DNA of 64,000 nt, from assembly GCA_904063045.1 (NCBI GenBank), contig CAJFCJ010000007.1, positions 4,099,404 through 4,163,403 of the forward strand, read 5' to 3'. The notes beneath the pieces were generated by a model. It was given only the letters and a program-made list of their open reading frames with translations, was not told the DNA's origin and ran no database searches. This document shows, in pieces, positions 26,459-38,000 of this stretch. The translations under genes and the position numbers were made by a program. Position 1 is the first letter of the stretch; every line of letters starts with the position of its first letter. This DNA is from Dimorphilus gyrociliatus. Its lineage: Eukaryota; Animalia; Annelida.

Positions 26459-28384
26459 TTAGAGAGCAGCCGTAGATGTACCATGACCTGTGGATGATGG
26501 GGCTATGAAGGTTGTTAATGCAGATTGAAGAAGTGAAGCTTTTTGAGAATGTTCCATTCGCATTCTGTCTAATTCTTCCTCTCTGAGACGCAATTTATGG
26601 TTTATTCTATCAACCTCTGCAGAGTGGCTTTCGTTATCAATCATTCTTTTTGAATTTGTTTCCTTTAGTTGTCTTTCTAGCGTAGTAACGCGTTCTTTCA
26701 AAGTATTTTGTTCGGACCTTTCAGCTTGAACTTCCACAGAGATTCTTTCCAACTCGTCAATTTTCCTTTGCATTTGCTGTTTGGCTCTTTCTAACCTCGA
26801 AATTTCTAGTCTAGATTCTGACAGCTCGTTATTCGCCTGAGACAGTTGACTTTGAATTTCATCTTTTGAGGCTAGAGACGCTCTAGCTTTTTCTTCAGCA
26901 ACTGAAACTCTTGCCTCTTGCGACGATCTTTCCCTTGTTCGTACGTCGGCGATCATTTGTTCCATAGCGGTTTTTTCAGATGCAGCTGTAGCTCTAGCCC
27001 TACGAAGTTCTTCCTCGAGATCCATTCGTTCTCTTTCGACCCTTTGAACCCTTTCATCTGCTTCTCTCTTGGCTCTGTCGTTTTCCTCCCTTAACTGTTG
27101 TCTAGCCTTTGCCCTTTCAGCTGTTATCTTTTCTTCCGACGTTCCGATAGCGAGTTTAAGATCTGCTTTAGTTTTAGCTAGTTGCTCTTTGAGTTCACAT
27201 ACATTATTTCTCTCATGCTCCAGCTGCCGCCTCAAATGTTCAGTTTGTCCTTCCGAAGATAGTAACTTTTCTGTGACTTCTGTAAGCTCTTTCTCCAATT
27301 TGGCTATGGCTTTTAAGCTTTTGTCTCTCTCAGTTTTCAGTTGATGCTGATTTGCCGATACAATTGCTGATCTCTCCTCCCGGGAAGCCTCCAAAAGAGC
27401 TTGTAGTTCTTCCACTTTACTTGAACTTAAAATGTTTTCCGACTCAGCTATTGTCAATTTAGAAGCTAGAGCTTCAAAGTGAGAATGACGCTCATGGAGT
27501 GCATCTTGTAAGGCTATAATTCTATCTCTAGATGCTATATCAGCAAGTCTTGAAGCTTCCTCCTGCTTCTCTAGCAGAGTCAGTGCACTAGAAACTTTCT
27601 GCTGCTTTTCTTTTTCGGTAAAGGCCAACTGCTTAGTCAAAAGTCTTGTTCTCTCCTCCGATTGTCGTTTGAGGCTACTGTTATCGCAATTTGAACCAAT
27701 AGCAGCCTCTATTGACTTAATAATATCTGAAGGAGAGTTATTTCCTGCAATTTCCAATCTATTGATTATTTTGTTAGACGATAAAGCATCCAGGATCGAC
27801 TTAGCTCCTATAAGTCCACAATTATTCCATCTCAGATCTAGCTCTCTCAAACTTCTATTTCTCTTCAAAGCGGATGAAATATGTTTTGCACCATCCATGG
27901 AAATTTGATTATTTCTCAGGTCTAACACCTTAACACTAGTATTCTCTGCTAATCCATCACACAAATCTCCAAACGCATCATCCAGCATTCCCAAAGAATT
28001 CCACTCTAAGACTACATTGGTTAAACGTTTATTATATCTAAGTAAATGGCAAAAAGCTCTTGCTGCCGTTCCTCTTAGCTGATTTCCCTTCATTTCCAAT
28101 TTAGTACATTTAAGATGTTTCGTTAAACCTCTCAATAAATGTTCAGCGCATTCGTCACTTAGCATGCAGTCGTTTAAGTACAACTCTCCAATAACATCGT
28201 CACCCTCTAGAGCTTTTCCTAAAGCTACACAACTGGCAAAGGACAGCGATAAAGTACTGAGATTGAGCAAAACTCCGGAAGATTTTGTTACAACATGTTT
28301 AAAAGCTCTAATAATACTATCTTGAGGTTCATGCTTTTGTTCTCCACAGCATTGTATATATATCCTTCTAAATTCCTCTAGCAT
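26459..28384 (-). CDS. LRRC45: Leucine-rich repeat-containing protein 45 (LRR plus coiled coil), intronless
   Basis: 641-aa single ORF; MLEEFRRIYIQCC; RI-like LRRs (LDLRNNQISMDGA; LDLRWNNCGLIGA); long coiled coil; C-terminal KASLLQSALTTF. Confidence 0.88.
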   Translation of the reverse strand: MLEEFRRIYIQCCGEQKHEPQDSIIRAFKHVVTKSSGVLLNLSTLSLSFASCVALGKALEGDDVIGELYLNDCMLSDECAEHLLRGLTKHLKCTKLEMKGNQLRGTAARAFCHLLRYNKRLTNVVLEWNSLGMLDDAFGDLCDGLAENTSVKVLDLRNNQISMDGAKHISSALKRNRSLRELDLRWNNCGLIGAKSILDALSSNKIINRLEIAGNNSPSDIIKSIEAAIGSNCDNSSLKRQSEERTRLLTKQLAFTEKEKQQKVSSALTLLEKQEEASRLADIASRDRIIALQDALHERHSHFEALASKLTIAESENILSSSKVEELQALLEASREERSAIVSANQHQLKTERDKSLKAIAKLEKELTEVTEKLLSSEGQTEHLRRQLEHERNNVCELKEQLAKTKADLKLAIGTSEEKITAERAKARQQLREENDRAKREADERVQRVERERMDLEEELRRARATAASEKTAMEQMIADVRTRERSSQEARVSVAEEKARASLASKDEIQSQLSQANNELSESRLEISRLERAKQQMQRKIDELERISVEVQAERSEQNTLKERVTTLERQLKETNSKRMIDNESHSAEVDRINHKLRLREEELDRMRMEHSQKASLLQSALTTFIAPSSTGHGTSTAAL

Positions 28385-29027
28385 ACTTTATCATGTAAAA
28401 AATATTCGTCTAAAACACCTTTCTCTATCGATTTCTACCGAAGAAACCTGTTTAAACTTGTTGCTAAGAAACACGAAAAACACTCAGCTATAAACCAGTT
28501 TCCCCAAGAGATGCTAAAATCGAATTCTTTTAAAAGTTTTATCTTGTTAAAGAAAAGCCTACTCTTTGATTAATAATCTTTAACTATCATAAAAAGTAAT
28601 TAATTAGCTAAATTAGTTATAAGTTCAATCTAGCCGATATATTCAATTAATTTCGATTTAAAAATATACAGAAGAAAAAAAACATTTCCTTTCTCTTTTT
28701 AATTGATTGTTATTATTAGTTTTAAAGGTGAATAAATTAATTAGTTTAAAAGAATATTATACAGTAAAAATTGTACTGAAAAGATAAAATAGATAAATAT
28801 AAAAATACAAATCAAACGACAAAAAACACTGAGCAAAAAGTTAACTATTTATATTTATTTTTTTAAAATAAAACGTTAATGATAAATGAAATAAATAAGT
28901 TTTAATTGAAATAATAATCATATTTCCAGGAATATAAGGATGAGTGAAAGAGATAACGAAAAAGGCAAAATAATCTGTGTATAAGTTGTTTTGACTGCGG
29001 TTGGGAGGTTTAGAGGAAAAGAAAGCA

Positions 29028-29029
<2 letters not shown>

Positions 29030-29069
<40 letters not shown>
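29030..29069. repeat. (GA)n microsatellite upstream of the thrombospondin ATG
   Basis: About 19 GA units with one interruption. Confidence 0.9.
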
Positions 29070-29071
<2 letters not shown>

Positions 29072-29144
29072 GAAATTCTTCAATCTACATACACATGCAG
29101 CAGCTCAGCAGCTGTTTAATAATATTCATATTTCTAACTTGGTT

Positions 29145-32100
29145 ATGAAGACTTTTCTTTTCTTTTTAGCTACCCTAATTGGAGTTAGCCGTGGTAAGTT
29201 TATGAGCTATTGTAATTAATTATCTTGTTAATAATCATTGTTTTATTTTCGTTTCAAAAAAGAAGAAAATGGAATTTTTATATCTATTAAATCTGTTCAC
29301 CATACACCAACTTTAATCAAGTTCGAGAAGAATTCAGCAATTCAACATAAATATTCATCAAGTGAGTATTCAGAAGTTCTTTCTTAATTGACTTTGAATT
29401 AATTGATTTGTCTTAATTTTTATAATTCAAATAATTTATTCATACTTATCCTCTAAATGATTAGAAAGTTTTTAAACTATATTGAAGTAAATTTCTATAT
29501 AGTTATCTTACACGAACATGGAAGAAGGGATACTCAATTAACTCGTATTGTATCCGGGAATTATCTTATTAACTTTGATACGCGGATAAATGGATCAAGA
29601 TCAATTTGCGTTTATCGCATTATCAAGGATTGCATTGTTATTGACAAACAGATAGTAAATTTGAAGTGGTGCCGTCGATTAAACTCTTCAAGTATTACGG
29701 TTAGTAGCCATTTTGAAATCCTAACTGCAAATCCTTTACGGTACTTTTTTCGCGACAACACTCTTTTAAAGATAAGTTAAGCAACTAATTAATATAAAGT
29801 AATAAATAATTGGCTTTATTAGATACGACCATACGTTTTATTAAAATAAAGTAACATCTGTTTGTAAGATCTTGGCACATGTTTCAACAGTTTCATATAT
29901 TGAAAGAAAGCACCCACCCAACAAGAGTACATCTAAGATTAATCAAAGCTTCTCTTTCATGTCTTTAAGACTCATGGAACAAAAAAAGCCTATTTTAGGG
30001 CTTTTCCTATCATTTTTCTTATCATATTATTATTTTGTTTGTTATATAAATAGAAGGTTATTAGAATTTTTCAAGAATGGCGGGAAAAAAGTATGTTTAC
30101 GTTCTTTTTTAGAACATCGGCCAAGGAATAGAACTCTATACAAATATTGACGAAAAAGAAGTTTTGATAAAAGAAGGTTGTCCTACTACTATTAGAGGTG
30201 CAGAGAGAATGATCAATGATGATTATGCTGCATTTTCTGCTGGTACGTTATTCTAATAAGATTTTATTTGAGTACTTGCTAATTTCATTCATAAAACAGC
30301 CGGAGATCTAACTGATAAGCTGGTCGGAGCTTTGAAAGAATTAAGAAATGATATTAAAATACACCAAACTGAAACAAAAAATCTTAGATTGTTCCTGTCC
30401 AAATGTGACCTTTGTCGGGACGTTAGCGTCTGCAATTCTATCAAACCTTGCTATCCGGGCGTTATTTGTAACGACCATGAAAATGGAACTTATTCTTGCG
30501 GCAAATGCCCTACAAATTATAGAGGTGATGGTAAATTTTGCGAAAAGATACCCGCTTGTGCGTCTAAGCCGTGCTTCACTGGAGTGGCTTGTCAAGATAC
30601 CAATGATGGAGGTTACTTTTGTGGAAGATGTCCTGAGGGCTATGACGGAGATGGTAGAATTTGCAGAGAGATAAATGGCTGCGATAATAACCCGTGCTTT
30701 AGGGGCGTTAGGTGCGAAAATTTGGGTAGAGGAATGTATAAATGTGAATCTTGTCCAAACGGCTTCAATGGAAATGGTGTTGTTTGTTTGAAGTTACCTG
30801 CTAGACCTTGTCGTCGGCGACCATGTTATGAAGGTGTCATATGTGAAGATTTGGATGGAGACAATTTTAGGTCAAATGCTTTTTCCACTTATGTAGAGAT
30901 CTAATAGTGGCTATATTATTAACAGATGCGGTAGATGTCCAGAAGGATTTGAAGGAGATGGTATTCGTTGTCAAAGACTCTCATCGTGTTCCCATAATCC
31001 ATGTTTTAAGGGCGTTGAATGTTTTGATATGGGACAAGAGAATTTTAGGTGTGGTCCTTGCCCGTCAGGATATACTGGAAACGGTGTCGAATGCGCAAAG
31101 TATGTCCCATTTACATATTTTTTTTAGTTAAGCTAGAATCTTCTCAGGTTAAGACCATGCGATAATTATCCTTGCTTTGGAAAATGCTACGACAAGAGTG
31201 ATGGGAGCTATCACTGCGAACCTTGTCCTGAAGGTTATTTTGGAGATGGACGAACTTGTCAAAGAAGTTCACCATGTCTTAGTAATCCGTGCTACCGCGA
31301 TGTTCGATGTTTCGAGCTTGTTAATGGCAAATTCATTTGTGATAAATGTCCTCAAGGCTTCACTGGTAACGGTATTGGATCAGATGGTTGCAAGAAAATA
31401 ATAACATGCAGAGATCGACCATGTTATCCGGATTCTATATGTTCAGATATTGACGATCAGAGAGGATACTTTAAGTGTGGCCCTTGCCCCTCTGGTTTCA
31501 CTGGTGATGGATATGGAGAAAATGGTTGTAAAAGAATCACTTGTCAGGATCAGTATTGTCATCCAAGTGTGGAATGTTATGATGATGGTAAAACACTTAC
31601 ATGTGGATCTTGTCGCTCTGGATTTACTGGTAATGGTATCGGAATAAATGGATGTAGAAGGATAACCTGTGGAGACAAACCCTGCTTTGTAAACGTGCGA
31701 TGTGAAGATACGCCGGAAGGCTATAAATGTGGTCCCTGTCCAGGTAATCTAGTTGGAGATGGAGAAGTTTGCAGAATAAGAAGATGTTCTGATTCACCTA
31801 GACCATGTTATCCTGGAGTTGATTGCAGTGACATGGCATACGGCCCTAAGTGTGGTGATTGTCTAAGGGGATTCTGGGGAGATGGAATGGATTGTCGACG
31901 AATAACTTGTGATGATTATCCGCCACAGAGACCTCCTTGCGATATTCGAGCTGAATGTTTTGATACGGACAAAGGGCCAACATGTGGATCATGTCCCCCT
32001 GGTTTGGTGGGGGATGGGAAAATTTGCCGATTGCGTAAATGTTCTGATCCTCCACAGCCATGTTTTAGAGGTGTAGAGTGCTATGACACGATATTTGGTC

Positions 32101-34617
32101 CTAGATGTAGAGATTGTCCGACAGGATATTGGGGTAACGGTTTTGATTGTCAGAGAATAACATGTGAAAATTTTCCAAGTCATCGTCCACCATGTGACTA
32201 TCTAGTCACATGTACTAATTCTCCCAGCGGTCCCATCTGTGGGCCTTGTCCTGATAGGTTTTCTGGTGATCCAACAATAAGATGCCTTCCGGTTCGATGC
32301 GATTCCCAACGTTGCCCACCAGGAATGAGATGTATCGATTCACCCAGTGGATATGACTGTCAAAAGTGTCCAGATCGATTTAAGGGAGATGGCAAAAGAT
32401 GTTGGCCAATTAGATGCTCTGAAAAACCTTGTGCAACAGGAGTTGAATGTAAAGATTCTGATGAAGGGTACATTTGTAGAAAATGTCCAGAAGGTATGAA
32501 AGGAGATGGAGTTATTTGCGAAGATGTCAACGAATGTATTGAGGAAAATCCATGCGATAGATTGACTAGATGTATTGATTTACAGCCTGGCTATAGATGT
32601 TCTGCTTGTCCAGTTGGTTATGAAGGGTCAGCAGTTACAGGTAGAGGTCCTGGTAAGGTTTCTTATTTTGCTCATAAACAATAAAAGTTTAAGATTTTAT
32701 TAAATCTAAACAGCCGACGCTAAATTCAAGAAACAAGTTTGCCACGATATAGATGAGTGTGTCAAATATAATGGAGGCTGTACACCAAATTCTCGCTGCA
32801 TAAATACAATTGGATCATACAGATGTGGTGAATGTAATTTTGGCTATGAAGGTAACCAGGTGATTGGTTGTTCGAGAATACGTGGACTCTGTCCTGATAA
32901 CAAGATTATTTGTCCTGAAAATGCCGAATGCATCCTTGATTTCAATGCAAGGTCTTATAAATGTAAGTGCAAACCCGGCTTTGCAGGAAATGGAACCTTT
33001 TGTAGCTTTGACAAGGATGCCGACGGCTATCCTGATGAATCCCTACTTTGTACGGACAGTCACTGTAAGAAAGACAACTGTCCTTCTGTTCCGAATAGTG
33101 GACAGGAAGATCTTAATGGTAATGGAGTTGGGGATGCTTGTGAAAACGATTCAGATAATGATGGGATTCCTAATTCAGAGGACAATTGCCCTTATATTAA
33201 AAATAGAGACCAGGCCGACATTGATAAGGATGCCGTCGGTGATATCTGCGACAACTGCAGATTCAAAGCTAATAGAAATCAACACGATATTGATAGTGAT
33301 GGCCTAGGAGATGTATGTGATGATGATATTGACGGTGACGGTCTATTAAATGAGGATGATAATTGTCCATATGTTTCTAATTACGATCAGAGGGATGTCG
33401 ATAGAGATAATGTCGGCGATGTTTGTGACAATTGTATTAATGTTCCAAATCCTGATCAAATTGACATTAACAAAAATCGAATAGGAGATGCCTGTGAAGG
33501 AACAACAGACAGAGATGAAGACGGTATTCCAGATAAGAATGATAACTGTCCAGATGATTCGAATACAGATCAATTAGATAGTGATGATGATGGATTAGGA
33601 GATGCTTGTGATCAGGATGATGATAACGATGGTATTTTGGATGCAGCTGACAATTGTCGATTGGTGTTTAATCCCGATCAAATGGATTTGAATAGAGATG
33701 GAATAGGTGATGCATGCAACAAAGATTGCGATGGAGATAACCGACCCGATTACTTGGATGTCTGTTATAGAAATAAGGAAATATTTGACACTGATTTTAG
33801 AAACTATACCCAAATTATGCTTGATCCAACTGGTTGGATAATTTTTTAATATTTCTGTTGTCAATTTTTATTTCCAATTTTGCCTTTAGGTGACTCGCAG
33901 GAAGATCCAGATTGGGATGTTCGGGATAAAGGAGCAGAAGTCGTTCAGCATATCAATAGCGATCCAGGATTATTCGTGGGCTATCATAGATTTACAGGAG
34001 TGGATTTCGATGGCACGTTCTACGTCGATTCAAAGGTTGACAATGATTATGCTGGATTTGTTTTTGGATATACAAATAGTAGTCATTTCTATGCAGTTAT
34101 GTGGAAAAGAGGCAGACAAACTTACTGGGAGACCAGTCCTTTCAGAGCAGTTGCCGATCCTGGGGTTCACATTAAAGTAGTTCGTTCTTCGACTGGACCT
34201 GGTCCAATGATGAGAAATTCTTTGTGGCATAGTATGAGCGTCCCTGGGCAGACTACTAACTTATGGAAGGATCCAAACCAAGTTTCTTGGAAGATGAGAA
34301 GTTCTTATAGATGGAAATTACAGCATAGACCAGATTTTGGTTTTATTAGAGTACGGATATTTGAGGGAAGTGAAAAGATAATCGATTCTGGCAATTTAAG
34401 GGATACAACATTTTCGGGAGGCAGTCTAGGTTTATTAGTATTTTCTCAGGAGAAGGTCGTCTTCTCTCAACTTAGTTACAGATGCATCGGTAAATATTTG
34501 AAAATCCTTAAATATTATTAATTAAAAATAATTTTATAAATTACAGATGATCTTCCTCAAGATGTCGACACAGATCATTTTCCCAGGCTTCGGGAAGCGT
34601 CTACCAAATGGTGCTAA
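29145..34617 (+). CDS. Thrombospondin, group B (pentameric) type, with an expanded EGF region
   Basis: Signal peptide [17 protein letters not shown]; divergent N-terminal domain; coiled coil ending SKCDLC; 19 EGF-like modules; type 3 repeats ([23 protein letters not shown]...); C-terminal lectin-like domain ([35 protein letters not shown]); stop at 34615-34617. Confidence 0.93.
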
Positions 34618-35012
34618 ATATATAATGTATATGTATTTTTTTCGCTTAATAAGTGTGTTAAAATCGACCCTGCGACCTTTCTCTTTTTGCTTTGAAATAT
34701 TAAGGTGTTATTTAGGTAGAGGTTAACTGCAATGGTGAAATTTTACTTTTATACTTAGAAAACTAACTAAAAATAATAAATATATTGCGCAATATTGGGA
34801 TTGAAATATTTTTGACAACGTAAATATTGTTATTTATATTAGAAAAGTAATAAACATCGGAACAAAAGATTTACATATATACCATATCTATATACACTTG
34901 TAGCATACGTCATTATAAGGTGAATATAGTTGTGGATCTTCCGAGAATGCTTTGAGAATGCAACTTTTCAAAGCTACAACGATCTTTTTGCAACCAATAG
35001 ACCGATAACTTC

Positions 35013-38000
35013 CTATATTCGACATTGCCATAAGAGGAGACATACATCGTCTTGTCTGATTTTACTCTTTTTTACCAAATTTTCTTGGCCTATATGACGA
35101 TGGCCCTGACCACCAGAAGCAACTATGAGACTTTTATTTACCATTTGAATTTGATTTCTCTCTGAGCTTGTAGGAATTTTTGGAGATGTAGGGCTCGTAG
35201 GACTCTTTGGAGAAGTAGGGCTGGTTGAACTTGAAGGATTTCGATTTAAGCCTTTTTCAAGACTCAGTCTGAGATCATTAATTTTCTTTCCCTGCCCTCC
35301 CCTAACCTTTTTTATGAGATTTTCGTGCTTTTTGAAACGTCTACTAAGTTTTCTACCAAATCTGAGTCCCTGAGCCTCCCTGGGCATAGTATTTTTTAGA
35401 ACACTTGAAGCAGTTTGAATATAATTATCATGGCACAAATGCCCATATATCAACTCTACACTGTCCAAGTCTGTCAGCGAATTCCATCTTGGTTTATCTT
35501 CGTCGAAACAATCGTCATCGTCGTCATCTTTGAGAGATGAAAGTGAATCAGATCTTACTTTCAGATTGTCACCCTCTCCTTCTTCCCCTTCCCCTCCCTC
35601 TTCCCCTTCCTCTCCCTCTTTTTCTTCTCTGTCTATTTCTAAGGACTTTAATTTTTTAGGAGATCTCTCTAAAGCTTCAACAAAAATTGATGGAATTCTA
35701 TCCCCTTCTTCAATCCTTATACTCGAACAGGATACGGTTATTAAAAACTCAATAGGACTATTTTGGCAATGTAGTGAAACATTTGGTCGTCCATGTATCT
35801 GTGGAACTCCTTGCAATCTAGGAAGTGGAAGAGTGAGAACGTAGCCAACGCTAGTTCCAATCCATAGAACACCTTTCGCGGCTGACAGTGAGGTTATATG
35901 TATAGCAGAGATAGGATCTTTTTTATCTAACCAAAGTAAAATATAAACATGTTCAAGCTATGTTAAATTGAAATCGTGAGTATATTTCGAACCTTTAGCA
36001 ACAGTTTGTATGGCAGATGCAACATTAATATCTTGTAAATATTCAAAGGTTTCTCTATGATATAATTTTATAACGGCACTATTTTCATAAGACACCAGGA
36101 TACCAGCCCCTGCATTGACCACACATTTAATTGACTCTTCACAATCTTTTAATTTGTTTTCGGAAGCCAAATCGAAATCAGCCTAAGAGAAAACAACATT
36201 TATTTAATTAATTTCGTCAACATGACAATTATTGAGCCAATATAGAAATTACCCTATGAATTTTATATTGAAAAGAGTCATTCACTAATTTTGCCGTTAC
36301 AGATAATCTAGATAACAATTTCCCACTACAACACCAAAGATAAGAATTGCAGAGATGAAGATCATTAACAGCGCTATCCCCCAATTTTAGTAGACTCATA
36401 TTTTTATTATTCCATACACCATCTATAAAATATTTTTTGTATTATCTGCATAGTAATCAAAAAAAGCTAAATTACCGATATTCCTGTGAAGAATTCCGAT
36501 ATTACCATCTACCATGCCAATAAACATTGTAGAATTGAAGAATTTTAAGCATATGGGCGTATTTGGAATAGAGAATTTGTAATAGGAATCTTTCCTTTCC
36601 AAATCATTTACTTTTAATACAATTACACTGAAAAAGAATTAAAAAATATATTATTCAAATTGACAATTGTTTCATAGGTTTTTAATTTAGTTAAATTTTA
36701 CGTTTTATCAACCAAACCCATCCAGACACTATCTTCACTTAAAATGGTCTCATCTTCATCTAAATCTTCATTTAATTTCTTGTCTCCGTAACCAGTAACG
36801 CTCTCCGCACACAGAATTGCAGCCTCTGACGCCTATTTAGGTTTTGCTTATATTTTTTTATGATTTTAATATTTTGGAAAAAATCGTTTACTTGAAATGC
36901 TTCAACTATGTGAGGTGGTGTTGTATGAAAAGATATTATTGTAACGTGGCCAGGATCTGTATCCTTTTCGGATCTACTACAAACCCATAAATGTTCATGA
37001 CCTAATTTTGGGTCATTTCTAGAAGGTAGAATAACAGAAACTGAACAAGTTAACTGAAAAATAGGTGAAATAAGTTTATAGATATAATTAAATAACTAAA
37101 ACTAACCCGAGTATTTAGTATTGATATATCACATAACAAGGGCTTAATAAACAAAGGTAATTTAAACACAAATTGTTGTTCATTTTCGGGCACCACCCAT
37201 CCAGGTTTATTACGTGGATCTAATTATGTTATCAGAATATATGCAAATACGAATTAATGTTAATTAGTAATATAATACCTAAAGATAATTTTGCACTTTG
37301 CAAATCCAACAGCCAGCCTTGTTTAGTTTCATCTGATTCTACTTGAATAGTATAAATTTCACCCTTGCCACCGGTTCTAATTATTTAATTATTTAAATAA
37401 TTGCTATTTAAATAATACAAGTTTTGTGATAAATTACTTACTTTGTAGATGCGCAAAATTGTAGAATGCATTTATTTACATCATTTTTCAACTGAATTGA
37501 AGTTTGCAGACTTTTCGTTATATTTCTCATTAATTCTTTACTTAATCCTTCATGATCTAATCGCAATTGACTGACAAGGTTTGTTATTTCTTCTATTAAG
37601 GGGAGATCGTGGAGGAGATTATCAAGATCTTTGCTATAAGTTGTATAGCCATCTTCCTTAGATGAAACAAGCGATAATCTTCCATGAGCTGCTTTCAGTT
37701 TATAGGCAATTGGAACACTGGCTTCTATAACATCAATTTCGTGAATTGGTAAAATCCATTTGTATTTATATTTTTCAACTACACTCCCATTATCCCCTTG
37801 TCTATTAAAAATATAAGTATCATTTATTAAAAGTTGACGCCTAGATAATTATCATGCTCACTTTGTAGCAACGCTAACGCATAATAATTGATCATTCATG
37901 AGGAATATTCTTCTTGGTTTCTTCTGATATTCTCCATTCTCTCCGTATTCCTATAGGTGATATAGAAATAAATATAATTGTGATGGGGTATTAGTAATTC

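Noticed and set aside
27069-27908. Plus-strand ORFs of 91 and 79 aa
   Set aside because: Antisense shadows of LRRC45
28841-29083. 80-aa minus-strand ORF with SLSLSL
   Set aside because: Translation of the GA microsatellite and AT-rich promoter DNA
29872-30150. 92-aa ORF inside thrombospondin as an extra exon
   Set aside because: Flanking exons join in phase 0 without it and give a sensible domain end (EVLIKEGCP); no homology support
30341-34230. Many alternative-frame and antisense ORFs over thrombospondin
   Set aside because: By-products of the Cys/Gly/Asp repeat codon bias
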